Below are positions 8,038 through 16,630 of a stretch of 26,966 nucleotides of DNA, in pieces. Source of the DNA: Alphaproteobacteria bacterium (lineage in GTDB: Bacteria > Pseudomonadota > Alphaproteobacteria > CAAHEQ01 > UBA3637); NCBI GenBank assembly GCA_017555325.1, contig JAFZGR010000142.1, positions 1-26,966 of the forward strand, given 5' to 3'. The stretch's first letter is position 1. Each line of letters begins with the position of its first letter. The notes beneath the pieces were generated by a model. The model worked only from the letters and a program-made list of their open reading frames with translations, did not search any database and was not told the origin of the DNA. The translations under genes were made by a program, and so were the position numbers.

Positions 8038-9240
8038 ATGATTGAAAATCAAACAAACAACAAAAAAAGTCGTTATGTTGGAACGTCTGTTTACGGTATC
8101 AGAATGCCGATTATTACACAAGGAGCAGATATTGCCAATATTATTACCGATACGATTGTGAAAGCAGCTCAATCCGATTATCAGGCATTAACATTTCATC
8201 ATCGGGATATTATCGGTATTACGGAATCGTTTTTGGCTCGGGCTCAAGGGAATTATATTCAATTAAAAGATTTGTCCGATGATGTGTCTCGCAAGTTTCC
8301 GACAGGAGATGTTGCTGTTGCTTTTCCGATTTTGTCACGTAACAGATTTGCTAAAATTTTGGAAGGAATTGCCAAAGGTGTGCAGGGAAAGGTGTATGTT
8401 TGTTTGTCTTATCCGGCAGATGAAGTCGGTAATCCGATTATGGATGAAGATGATTTGTTTCAGTCAACGTTAAATCCGTATAGTGATGTATTGACAAAAG
8501 CAGATTTTAGGCGGCAATTCGGTGTTTATCATCATCCGATTACAGGAACGGATTATATTGAGTTATATGAAAAGATTTCTCCGAATATTGAAGTTGTTTT
8601 ATTGAATAATCCAAAAGACATTTTGTCATTGACCAATCAGGTATTGGTTGCCAGTATTCACGCCCGTCATCGTCATAAACAAATTTTGGAAAAATTGGGG
8701 GCAAAAGTTCATACATTGGAAGAGATTTGCAACCAACCGCAAACGGATAAAGGATGGAGTGAATATGGTGTTCTCGGTTCTAATTTTTCAGATGCCGAAC
8801 GGTTAAAATTATTTCCGCGGGAAGCAAAAGAATTTTGTCAGACGGTTCAACGGTTGTTTGAAGAAAAAACAGGTAAGAAAGTGGAAGTAATGGTATATGG
8901 AGATGGTGGATTTAAATGTCCTAAAACCAAAATTTGGGAATTTGCCGATCCAGTTGTATCTCCGGGGTATACAGACGGATTAAACGGTATGCCTAATGAA
9001 ATTAAAATAAAAGCCGTTGCCGATAATAATACAAAAAATGCGGAGGAAGCTATTAAAACGGCTATTGCCAATAAAAAACAAGGGAATGATTTTTATTCTT
9101 TGGGAACAACACCTCGTCAAATAACCGATTTGGTCGGTTCATTGTGTGATTTAACCAGTGGTTCCGGAGATAAGGGAACGCCGGTTATATACATTAAAGG
9201 CTATTTTGACGATTACACAAAGGGAATTCCTCAAGTGTGA
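8038..9240 (+). CDS. CofE-like (F420-0:gamma-glutamyl ligase family) protein, long form; substrate unknown
   Basis: GIRMPII, DIIGITESFLARAQG, ILSRNRF, SYPADEVGN, VMVYGDGGFK, ADPVVSP and LCDLTSGSGDKGTP. RBS AAGGAG at 8026-8031. Confidence 0.8.
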   Translation: MIENQTNNKKSRYVGTSVYGIRMPIITQGADIANIITDTIVKAAQSDYQALTFHHRDIIGITESFLARAQGNYIQLKDLSDDVSRKFPTGDVAVAFPILSRNRFAKILEGIAKGVQGKVYVCLSYPADEVGNPIMDEDDLFQSTLNPYSDVLTKADFRRQFGVYHHPITGTDYIELYEKISPNIEVVLLNNPKDILSLTNQVLVASIHARHRHKQILEKLGAKVHTLEEICNQPQTDKGWSEYGVLGSNFSDAERLKLFPREAKEFCQTVQRLFEEKTGKKVEVMVYGDGGFKCPKTKIWEFADPVVSPGYTDGLNGMPNEIKIKAVADNNTKNAEEAIKTAIANKKQGNDFYSLGTTPRQITDLVGSLCDLTSGSGDKGTPVIYIKGYFDDYTKGIPQV

Positions 9241-9263
9241 TTTGAAAATCAGAAAAATTTTAT

Positions 9264-9669
9264 ATGGTGAATTTAAAAGAGAAATTAGGCTTATTAAAAC
9301 AGCTGATGATTAAGAGAATGGCGTATATTTTGTATACGTTGCGACATAAAGTTGCTTTTTTTAAAGTTGAAAAACAATTAAGAGGCAGATATATCAGGCG
9401 AGGATTGATGCATGATCTTTTTGTATGTGGTTTTATGGAAAGATGTGTGTGAGATACAGGTAACGCCTTGGAATCATAGCAAACATCATGTGAAGAATAA
9501 TTTTAAAAAAAGTGAAGAGGATTTGTTGGATACGGTTATTGATTGGGAATGTACTTGTATGACAAAACCGGATAAGCCTTTAAATGCATATGAAACACTA
9601 ATGAAGTTTTTCCGTCATATCAGGCAGAATATTTGCCGATTATTCGCAAGCATTTGCCCCATCAGATAA
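9264..9669 (+). pseudogene. Frameshifted HD-like (DUF5662-like) gene split into ORFs 9264..9452 and 9412..9669
   Basis: Motif order RHK...MHD (frame 1), then KHH...VIDWEC..KPDKPLNAYETL (frame 2). The frame change falls at about 9417-9422 (CTTTTT). Confidence 0.5.
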
Positions 9670-9709
9670 CCGATAAATCTAAAATAAAAGAATAAAACAA
9701 ATATTAACA

Positions 9710-9743
9710 GTCCTTATGTTTAAAAGACACAAGGGCTTTTTTT
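9710..9743 (+). terminator. Intrinsic terminator
   Basis: GTCCTTATGT...ACACAAGGGC imperfect stem followed by T7. Confidence 0.65.
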
Positions 9744-9871
9744 AACCGATATAATTTTGAATAATAAATAAAAGCAGATCTGATTTTGATAAAACAATAT
9801 AGACATTTGTATTGATTGAAAGTGTGTTCGACCGTAATTATATAAAATGCGTGTTTATTAAGGAGGATACA

Positions 9872-10399
9872 ATGCAAAATACAACAATATTACCGAATAC
9901 ACAAAACAGAAGTGTTTGGTTGCTGATTGCCGGCGCTTTGCTTATTCTGTGTGGTGTATATGTTTTATTTAATCCGATTACGGCATTAATCACGTCGGCG
10001 ATGCTTGTCGGAATTGCTTTTATTTTTATCGGAACTTCATATTTGATGAGTTATCGGGAAAATACATCTTATACTTTGTTGGCACTAGGTATTTTAGATT
10101 TGTTTATCGGTTTGTTGTTTTTAACAAATTTGGGAATTTCCGCAGCCAGTATGCCAATTATTTTAGGATTGTGGATTTTGTTTAACAGTACAATCAGTTT
10201 TGTTATGGGTATAGAACTACGTCATCGAGGCAATAAAAACGGTCGCTTTTTATTTTGGAGTGGATTAATCGGTATTTTATTTGCATTATTGGTATTTGCT
10301 TTACCCATTATCGGAACGGTAACATTAACATTGGTTGTCGGATTGTATTTGATTATTTATGGGTTATTCGAAATTAACCGATATATAAAAGCTTATTAG
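9872..10399 (+). CDS. HdeD/DUF308-family membrane protein
   Basis: Highly hydrophobic, with paired helices (WLLIAGALLILCGVYVLFNP; LGILDLFIGLLFL; GLWILFNS; VGLYLIIYG). AAGGAGG precedes ATG9872 (ORF track starts at 9812). Confidence 0.82.
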   Translation: MQNTTILPNTQNRSVWLLIAGALLILCGVYVLFNPITALITSAMLVGIAFIFIGTSYLMSYRENTSYTLLALGILDLFIGLLFLTNLGISAASMPIILGLWILFNSTISFVMGIELRHRGNKNGRFLFWSGLIGILFALLVFALPIIGTVTLTLVVGLYLIIYGLFEINRYIKAY

Positions 10400-10421
10400 T
10401 TATTAAACGAACAAATATTGA

Positions 10422-10453
10422 AAAAAAACGATGCTTTTAAGTGTCGTTTTTTT
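10422..10453. terminator. Intrinsic terminator (symmetric)
   Basis: A-tract-CGATGC-TTTTAA-GTGTCG-T-tract. Confidence 0.7.
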
Positions 10454-10513
10454 GTAAATAAATATTTTGAACGTAAAGTGTCTTGTGTAAATAGGAATGG
10501 ACAGAATTTTTAC

Positions 10514-10542
10514 TTGCCTTTTATAGCATACAAGGTTATACT
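10514..10542 (+). promoter_or_regulatory. Sigma70 promoter of the porin gene
   Basis: TTGCCT-N17-TATACT. Confidence 0.5.
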
Positions 10543-10567
10543 TTGTGCATTAAAAAAGGAGTAAGAA

Positions 10568-11662
10568 ATGATTAAGAAAACAATTAAATATGCCGTTGCA
10601 AGTGGATTGATTGTCTTGTATGCCGGTTCTGTTCGGGCAGAATATACAATTAAGCCATTTGAAAATTTAGAATTGGGAGTGGGTGGATATGCCCGTGTTT
10701 ATTCCGGAAAATTAGAAAGTTATCAGTATAATAATATCTTGAAAGCCGAACCGAAGATAACAATGGATTATCGGATAACATCAGATTTGTCTTTAAAGGG
10801 AAAATTTGCTTATCGGATTGTGCGTAATGACCGATTTGCCGATAAAAAAACATCCAAAGTATATGATGCATATGGTACATTGGAATCTAAAAGATTTGGG
10901 ACATTAGATGTGGGTAAATTACGGAGTGTGGCATATTTGTTTCATCAAGGATCAGTGGATGTTTCTTGTTTAGATGTTGAAGATTCAGACATTTCTTATT
11001 TTTATAAAATGCCTAAAAATTTTTATGCTCCGACATTAACATATTTATATACGGATTCGCGGGATCCGAAAGTCTCTTATACTACTCCGGAAATAAACGG
11101 ATTAACATTGGGGGCTACGGTTGTTCAGTCTGAAGATGTTAAGCCGGATTCTATTGCTCCGAATGGTGTTAAAATCGATCACGGAAAAGGGGTTATTACG
11201 GCAGCAAAATATAAATATAACGTTTCGGATGATATTTGGGCAGCCTTTTCGGGTGGATTTGCCTTTTATCAGGATGACCGTTTTTGGAAAAATAATCAGG
11301 TGTTGGATGCCAATCATCGGGAATACAGTTTGGGAACAAAATTGGGTTGGAAAAATTTCACAGTTGGTATTGCGTATAAACGAATGTTGTTTCCGGATAA
11401 AATAAGTTTGAAAGATTCCAGTGCATTCAGTACGGGTATTGCGTATGAAAAAGGAAAATATGGTGTTTCCCTCAGTTGGTTGCATTCACAGGCAGAATTG
11501 ACGGATAAAAATAAATATAACCATATTATGCTCTCAAACAGCTATCAATTCAATAAATATATAAAAGGGTTTGTATCTGCCGGTAAATTGGAATTTGATT
11601 ATAACAATCAAAAGGACATTACAAACTGGTTCGGTATTTGCGGATTTGAATTGAAAATATAG
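10568..11662 (+). CDS. Outer-membrane porin (Gram-negative porin type)
   Basis: Sec signal peptide (MIKK...SVRA), alternating aromatic beta-strand pattern, FGTLDVG and KVSYTTPEINGLTLGATV. The final strand ends FELKI. Confidence 0.8.
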   Translation: MIKKTIKYAVASGLIVLYAGSVRAEYTIKPFENLELGVGGYARVYSGKLESYQYNNILKAEPKITMDYRITSDLSLKGKFAYRIVRNDRFADKKTSKVYDAYGTLESKRFGTLDVGKLRSVAYLFHQGSVDVSCLDVEDSDISYFYKMPKNFYAPTLTYLYTDSRDPKVSYTTPEINGLTLGATVVQSEDVKPDSIAPNGVKIDHGKGVITAAKYKYNVSDDIWAAFSGGFAFYQDDRFWKNNQVLDANHREYSLGTKLGWKNFTVGIAYKRMLFPDKISLKDSSAFSTGIAYEKGKYGVSLSWLHSQAELTDKNKYNHIMLSNSYQFNKYIKGFVSAGKLEFDYNNQKDITNWFGICGFELKI

Positions 11663-11680
11663 TCTTGTATTACAACGGAT

Positions 11681-11723
11681 AAAATGTTTGATGTTTTCTG
11701 ACAAGATATCAAACATTTTTTTT
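11681..11723. terminator. Intrinsic terminator
   Basis: AAAATGTTTGAT...ATCAAACATTTT stem followed by a T-tract. Confidence 0.75.
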
Positions 11724-11867
11724 GTTTGTGTTATTGGATTTGCTATTGATGTTTTTTTTGACAGAAAAGCGTAAAATCAAATGGTATAAAGATTTTTTTT
11801 CTTGACAAACATAAAAGAAACAGTTAAAAAATACTCATTTGAAACAGAAAAATGAAAGGAAGATAAA

Positions 11868-12161
11868 ATGATTAAATCAGAATTGATTTCTAAATTGGCA
11901 GAACAAACACGCTTGAACAAAGCTGATGCCGAACGTGTTATTAGCACGGTATTTAATGAAATTTCAAAAGCATTAATTCAAGGCAATCGTGTTGAATTGC
12001 GGGGTTTTGGTGTTTTATCTGTTCGCAGTCGTCAAGCTCGTACGGGCCGGAATCCGAAAACAGGTCAAACCGTTAGCGTTGCAGCTAAAAAAGTACCGTT
12101 CTTTAAAGCCGGTAAATGCATTAATGAAGCTTTAAATAAACCGAAAAAAGGTAAAAAATAA
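11868..12161 (+). CDS. ihfB: Integration host factor beta subunit (HU/IHF family)
   Basis: MIKSELI, RVELRGFG, ARTGRNPKTG and VPFFKAGK. The MIKSEL start and RVELRGFG favour IHF-beta over HU. Confidence 0.8.
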   Translation: MIKSELISKLAEQTRLNKADAERVISTVFNEISKALIQGNRVELRGFGVLSVRSRQARTGRNPKTGQTVSVAAKKVPFFKAGKCINEALNKPKKGKK

Positions 12162-13003
12162 TGAATTGGTTAAATCGCCTCACTCGACCGACCGTTAAAG
12201 TCGCTGCCGTTAAAAAGGAAATTCCCAATAATTATTGGGACAGATGTCCGAAATGTGGGGCGATGTTGTATCATGCCGAAATCGAAAAAGCGGATTATGT
12301 TTGTCCGTATTGTGATTATCATTTTCGGTTACCTGTTTTAAAACGGATGGATATGCTGTTTGATAAACAGGAATATACAATGATACAATTGCCGAAAGTA
12401 AAGGAAGATCCGTTAAAATTTGCCGATTTGGAAAAATATACGGATCGCTTGAAAAAAGCCCGTAAAAAAACAAAACAGGAAGATGCTATTTCCGTTGCTC
12501 ACGGATTTATCGGAAAACATTCGGTTGTTGTCGGTGTGTTTGATTTTGGTTTTATGGGTGGTTCTATGGGGACGGCAGTCGGGGAAGCTATTATTACGGC
12601 GGCACAGTTGGCTTTATTACAAGAGGCGGCTTTGATTTTGATTCCGGCTTCCGGTGGTGCCCGTATGCAAGAAGGGATGTTGTCTTTAATGCAAATGGCA
12701 CGGACGACGATTGCCGTGAAAAAATTAAAAAGTAAAAAACTGCCTTATATTACGGTATTATCCGATCCGACAATGGGTGGTGTGACGGCTTCATTCGCTA
12801 TGTTGGGCGATATCAGTATTGCCGAACCCGGTGCAGCTATCGGTTTTGCCGGAAAACGCGTTATCGAACAGATTGTGCGTGAAAAGTTGCCAAGTAATTT
12901 CCAACAATCCAGTTATTTATTGGAACATGGAATGATTGATCAAGTTGTGCATCGTAAAGATGTGCGGGCGACATTGATTAATATTTTGGATTTGTTGGGT
13001 TAG
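12161..13003 (+). CDS. accD: Acetyl-CoA carboxylase carboxyltransferase beta subunit
   Basis: Zinc ribbon CPKC...CPYC, FMGGSMG, SGGARMQEG, DPTMGGVTASFAMLGD and IGFAGKRVIEQ. Translationally coupled to ihfB (TAATG). Confidence 0.97.
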   Translation: MNWLNRLTRPTVKVAAVKKEIPNNYWDRCPKCGAMLYHAEIEKADYVCPYCDYHFRLPVLKRMDMLFDKQEYTMIQLPKVKEDPLKFADLEKYTDRLKKARKKTKQEDAISVAHGFIGKHSVVVGVFDFGFMGGSMGTAVGEAIITAAQLALLQEAALILIPASGGARMQEGMLSLMQMARTTIAVKKLKSKKLPYITVLSDPTMGGVTASFAMLGDISIAEPGAAIGFAGKRVIEQIVREKLPSNFQQSSYLLEHGMIDQVVHRKDVRATLINILDLLG

Positions 13004-13020
13004 TTTAAAATTTTTATTAT

Positions 13021-13055
13021 AAAAAGCAGCGGATAATAATTCGCTGCTTTTTTTT
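13021..13055. terminator. Intrinsic terminator
   Basis: AAAAAGCAGCGGA-TAATAA-TTCGCTGCTTTTT followed by further Ts. Confidence 0.8.
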
Positions 13056-13147
13056 GTAATTTGTGCATAATAAAGAGTATAATTTGTTGCCTTGAAAATG
13101 ATTTTATTGGTTTTTATATAAATATAAAATTGAAAGGGAGGCATTAT

Positions 13148-14161
13148 ATGAAAAATGTATTGTTTTTTGATACGGATTTACTGTTTCGTGAATTTGCAAA
13201 TACGCATATGATTGAAAATATAAACACGGTTTGTTTTGAAGAAAGTTTAAATACGATTGAATTGGATAAAATTGAGCCATATTTGGATTCGCAGATTATA
13301 TCTTTATTTGTTCATTCGGAACAAATGGATATAAAACGATTGGACGTGTTCCAAAATTTAAAAATGATTGCAACTCGTTCAACCGGATTTAATCATATTG
13401 ATTTGGATTATTGTAAAAAAAGGCATATTGCTGTTTGTAATGTGCCGAGATATGGTGAAGCGACTGTTGCGGAATTTGCATTTGGTTTGTTGTTGGCTTT
13501 GTCACGTAAGATTATACAAGGGCGGAATGCTATGTCACATAATCATATTGAAATTGATAAATATATCGGTTTTGATTTGCAAGGTAAAACATTGGGCGTT
13601 ATCGGAACGGGTTCTATCGGGCGTCATATGATACAGATTGCCAAAGGATTTGGAATGAATATCATGGCATATGATCCATATCCTAATCCGGAATTGTCTG
13701 ATGTTTATGTGTCTGCTTTGGATGATATATATCAAAATGCGGATATTATCTCATTGCACGTGCCATCAACGCCACAAAACTTTCATATGATAAATCAGGA
13801 TGCATTTGATAAGATGAAACATGGTGTTATTATCATCAATACGGCAAGAGGCGATTTAATTGATACACAGGCATTATATTGGGCATTAAAAAACGGAATT
13901 GTCGGTGGGGCTGGTTTGGATGTGTTGGAAAATGAAGATTTTTTATTGCATGATGAGTTTGTGACTTCGGCACGTATTACCGATACGGAATTTTTGTTGG
14001 ATTCGGCAATGAATTTAAAATTGTTACAGTTTAGAAATGTTATCGCCACCCCCCATATTGCATTTAATTCCATAGATGCTATTAATCGGATTAATCAAAC
14101 GACATTTGACAATATAATCTCTTTTTATAAGGGGCATATTCAAAATAATGTTGTGAAATAG
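13148..14161 (+). CDS. D-isomer-specific 2-hydroxyacid dehydrogenase (D-lactate dehydrogenase-like)
   Basis: TRSTGFNHID, Rossmann GTGSIG..YD, INTARG, LDVLENE and TPHIAF. GGGAGG precedes ATG13148 (ORF track starts at 13061). Confidence 0.92.
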   Translation: MKNVLFFDTDLLFREFANTHMIENINTVCFEESLNTIELDKIEPYLDSQIISLFVHSEQMDIKRLDVFQNLKMIATRSTGFNHIDLDYCKKRHIAVCNVPRYGEATVAEFAFGLLLALSRKIIQGRNAMSHNHIEIDKYIGFDLQGKTLGVIGTGSIGRHMIQIAKGFGMNIMAYDPYPNPELSDVYVSALDDIYQNADIISLHVPSTPQNFHMINQDAFDKMKHGVIIINTARGDLIDTQALYWALKNGIVGGAGLDVLENEDFLLHDEFVTSARITDTEFLLDSAMNLKLLQFRNVIATPHIAFNSIDAINRINQTTFDNIISFYKGHIQNNVVK

Positions 14162-14609
14162 GCTTGTTTTTATATTGGTAGTCATACTTTATCGTCATTG
14201 GAAGTTGCTTCGGATTCGAGAGGATATAAATTTTTACATTTATCATTGTGCCGGATTTAGTCCGATTTTCAAGTCTACCGTCAATCTGAACTCGTTTCAG
14301 ATTCTCGGGACGATATGCCATGAACGATGTGTTCTTTCGAATCGTTGTTTGTTCGGAAATACTTGATTTTATTGATTAAAAAATAAATTTTTTTTAAAAA
14401 ATACATGGAAAAATTTATTCAAGCTGTTTTAATTGGTAAAAAGTAAATAAAATGTGTATAAAAAGATATGTTTTTCAAAATATTATGATGAAAAATCAAT
14501 TTTTGACGAAAATTCCGAATAAATATAAAAGTGGAAAATACAGATGTAATTTTGAATAAAATTTTGGCATATTTAACTAACTGATTGATATAAAAGTATA
14601 TAATATTAT

Positions 14610-14639
14610 TTGACAAGGGGTAGGGGTTTGTGATAAACT
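14610..14639 (+). promoter_or_regulatory. Sigma70 promoter for the 650-aa/371-aa gene pair
   Basis: TTGACA(14610-14615)-N18-TAAACT(14634-14639), with an extended TG. Confidence 0.6.
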
Positions 14640-14661
14640 AAAAAAAGATGAATTTTATCTT

Positions 14662-16614
14662 ATGGAGGTTGTTATGGCAGAAGAAAGCAGTCAACAATTC
14701 ACATCAGCGGGTAATATGTCGGCATCAAGTGCCACAGTGGGAAAATTTTCATCGGTACCGCCCGTTCGGCAAGCATCAATCAGGAAATCATCTGTTTCTC
14801 AATCTTCACAAATAAAATATGTATATGCCGGTATTGGCGAACAACCGTTAACGCAACGGGAATTTGATGAAAATTTGAAAAATTTAAGAAATATATTATC
14901 AGAAGTTGACGGTTTGTTGCATGGAGATATGCGGAATCCGGAAAATATCAAACACTGTCAACAGTTATTGGGTTTTGCAACAAGTCTGCGTTTGCCACAA
15001 GAAGTAAAGGACAAGGAGATACGCTCTTATCCACCAGTGATGCAACAATTATACCAATCGGTTAAGAATGAAGGGGCATCTGTATCAACGGCATCTCAAA
15101 TGGCACAGGCACGCCATGCGACAACGGCTATGGCTCAAATTATGGCAAGTGATGCTCATACAGTAGCAGATTTAAAGGCGGCTATTGCGAACGGATGGGA
15201 TATTAACGCTAAACATTTAAATCCGGATGGTTCATATTCTACATATGTTGATTATCAGGGAAAAGTTTTATCTGAAACAGCGGCATTTGATGAACGATTA
15301 ATTTCTCGTTTAGATGAAATTATGGCAATGCCGGATGGTCCCGAAAAAGAAAGAGCATTAAAAGAACATCAAGCAGCGGCAGATGCAAATCATCAAAGAG
15401 CAATGATGGCTGTGGATAATCTAGGAGCAGCATTGCAGACAGGCGAATTAAATCCGGAAGAGGAAGGCAAGGCACTTGAAATCTTGGAAGAAACAGAGGA
15501 ACGCGCAAGAAAAGATGCTCAACGTTATAGAGGTTTAGCAGCTCGGGCAACAACACCGGAAGCCCGTGAACGGTTTGAAAATTTAGCACAACGGAGAGAA
15601 AATTTGGCAAATGATGCTAATGATCACATAAATAACCAGGTGCATTATAATGCCTGTCTTGGTGATTTGATGAATAATGGTGATAATTCTTCTCAAGAAA
15701 ATCGTGTTTCTAGCGACATTGGCTCCGCGAGGGAGTTTTCAAATGACGGGGAAAAACCTCAATCAGCCGTAGCAAATAATCAAAGAGCAATGACGGATAT
15801 GGGTAATGTAGGAGTAGCATTTCAGACGGGCAAATTAAATTCGGAAGATGGAGACAAGGCACTTGAAATCTTGGAAGAAACAGAGGAACACGCAAGAAAA
15901 GAAGCTCAACGTTATAGAGATTTAGCAGCTCAGGCAACAACACCGGAAGCCTGTGAACATTTTGAAAATTTAGCACAACAGAGAGACACATTAGTAAGTC
16001 AAGCACAAGGAATATTATCTACAACAGATGTGAGAGAGGTTCAGAGAGTAGTTGCAGATGCCCCGTCTTCGATGCAGAATTCCACAGATGCTTCTCGGAA
16101 TTTGAATGGAATGGGTAGAGTAGCTTCTATTGGATTTCGTGCTCCGATAAATAATACAATGCCAAGTAATTTGGAAGCGCTTTCAATTACTGACGCGATG
16201 GCATCATTGGGTAATGGAAATGCATCCGGTGATTTGGATTTTGGTATTGTCCCCGGAGAGCGTATTGGAACAATGCCAAGAAGCTCTGTTGGTAGGGTAA
16301 ACGGATTTAGACGAGGGGGGATTGCCAGAACCAATCAGTCGCTTGATTTAGGAATCGGATTGGTTTCAACAACGGTGGCGCCAAAAGTTCCAGAAAATGC
16401 AGCAGAAAGCAGTGCGATAACAACAGAACGGGCAACAGCGGATAATCCAATTGTGACAGCCGATAATCAATCATCAGATCAAAGAATGGTCGATTTAACG
16501 GCGACTTTAGGGGCCAAAAAAGAAAATCCGTTAGGAAAACCAGTTAATTTAGAGGAAACAAGTGATATAAACTTATTAAATGCTCGTTCTCAACAATCAC
16601 AAGCAATGGCATAA
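14662..16614 (+). CDS. Hypothetical helical protein with internal duplication and low-complexity termini
   Basis: 650-codon ORF. GGAGG precedes ATG14674, the likely start. No signal peptide or TM helix seen. Confidence 0.85.
   Translation: MEVVMAEESSQQFTSAGNMSASSATVGKFSSVPPVRQASIRKSSVSQSSQIKYVYAGIGEQPLTQREFDENLKNLRNILSEVDGLLHGDMRNPENIKHCQQLLGFATSLRLPQEVKDKEIRSYPPVMQQLYQSVKNEGASVSTASQMAQARHATTAMAQIMASDAHTVADLKAAIANGWDINAKHLNPDGSYSTYVDYQGKVLSETAAFDERLISRLDEIMAMPDGPEKERALKEHQAAADANHQRAMMAVDNLGAALQTGELNPEEEGKALEILEETEERARKDAQRYRGLAARATTPEARERFENLAQRRENLANDANDHINNQVHYNACLGDLMNNGDNSSQENRVSSDIGSAREFSNDGEKPQSAVANNQRAMTDMGNVGVAFQTGKLNSEDGDKALEILEETEEHARKEAQRYRDLAAQATTPEACEHFENLAQQRDTLVSQAQGILSTTDVREVQRVVADAPSSMQNSTDASRNLNGMGRVASIGFRAPINNTMPSNLEALSITDAMASLGNGNASGDLDFGIVPGERIGTMPRSSVGRVNGFRRGGIARTNQSLDLGIGLVSTTVAPKVPENAAESSAITTERATADNPIVTADNQSSDQRMVDLTATLGAKKENPLGKPVNLEETSDINLLNARSQQSQAMA
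15394..15986 (+). repeat. Two in-frame copies of a roughly 205-nt unit (15394-15599 and 15781-15986; offset 387 nt)
   Basis: The 3' 132 nt (15468-15599 vs 15855-15986) differ at 8 positions by my count and include a 35-nt identical run. The 5' parts are more diverged. Confidence 0.92.
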
Positions 16615-16630
16615 AAGAAAGGAATTATGA

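Noticed and set aside
7508-8172. ORF-track calls 7508..7741, 7549..7818, 7683..7910, 7791..8003 and 7924..8172 as separate genes
   Set aside because: They overlap each other, a terminator and structured leaders. They are better explained as a leader plus one frameshifted remnant.
8038-9240. Evidence for F420 biosynthesis
   Set aside because: No cofC, cofD, cofG/H or fbi genes are in the window, and the family occurs in organisms without F420.
14091-14366. ORFs 14091..14321 (-) and 14175..14366 (+)
   Set aside because: No SD and no recognisable motif. The minus ORF overlaps the dehydrogenase 3' end.
15320-16006. Two similar minus-strand ORFs (15320..15610 and 15710..16006)
   Set aside because: They are antisense shadows of the duplicated segment in the 650-aa gene.
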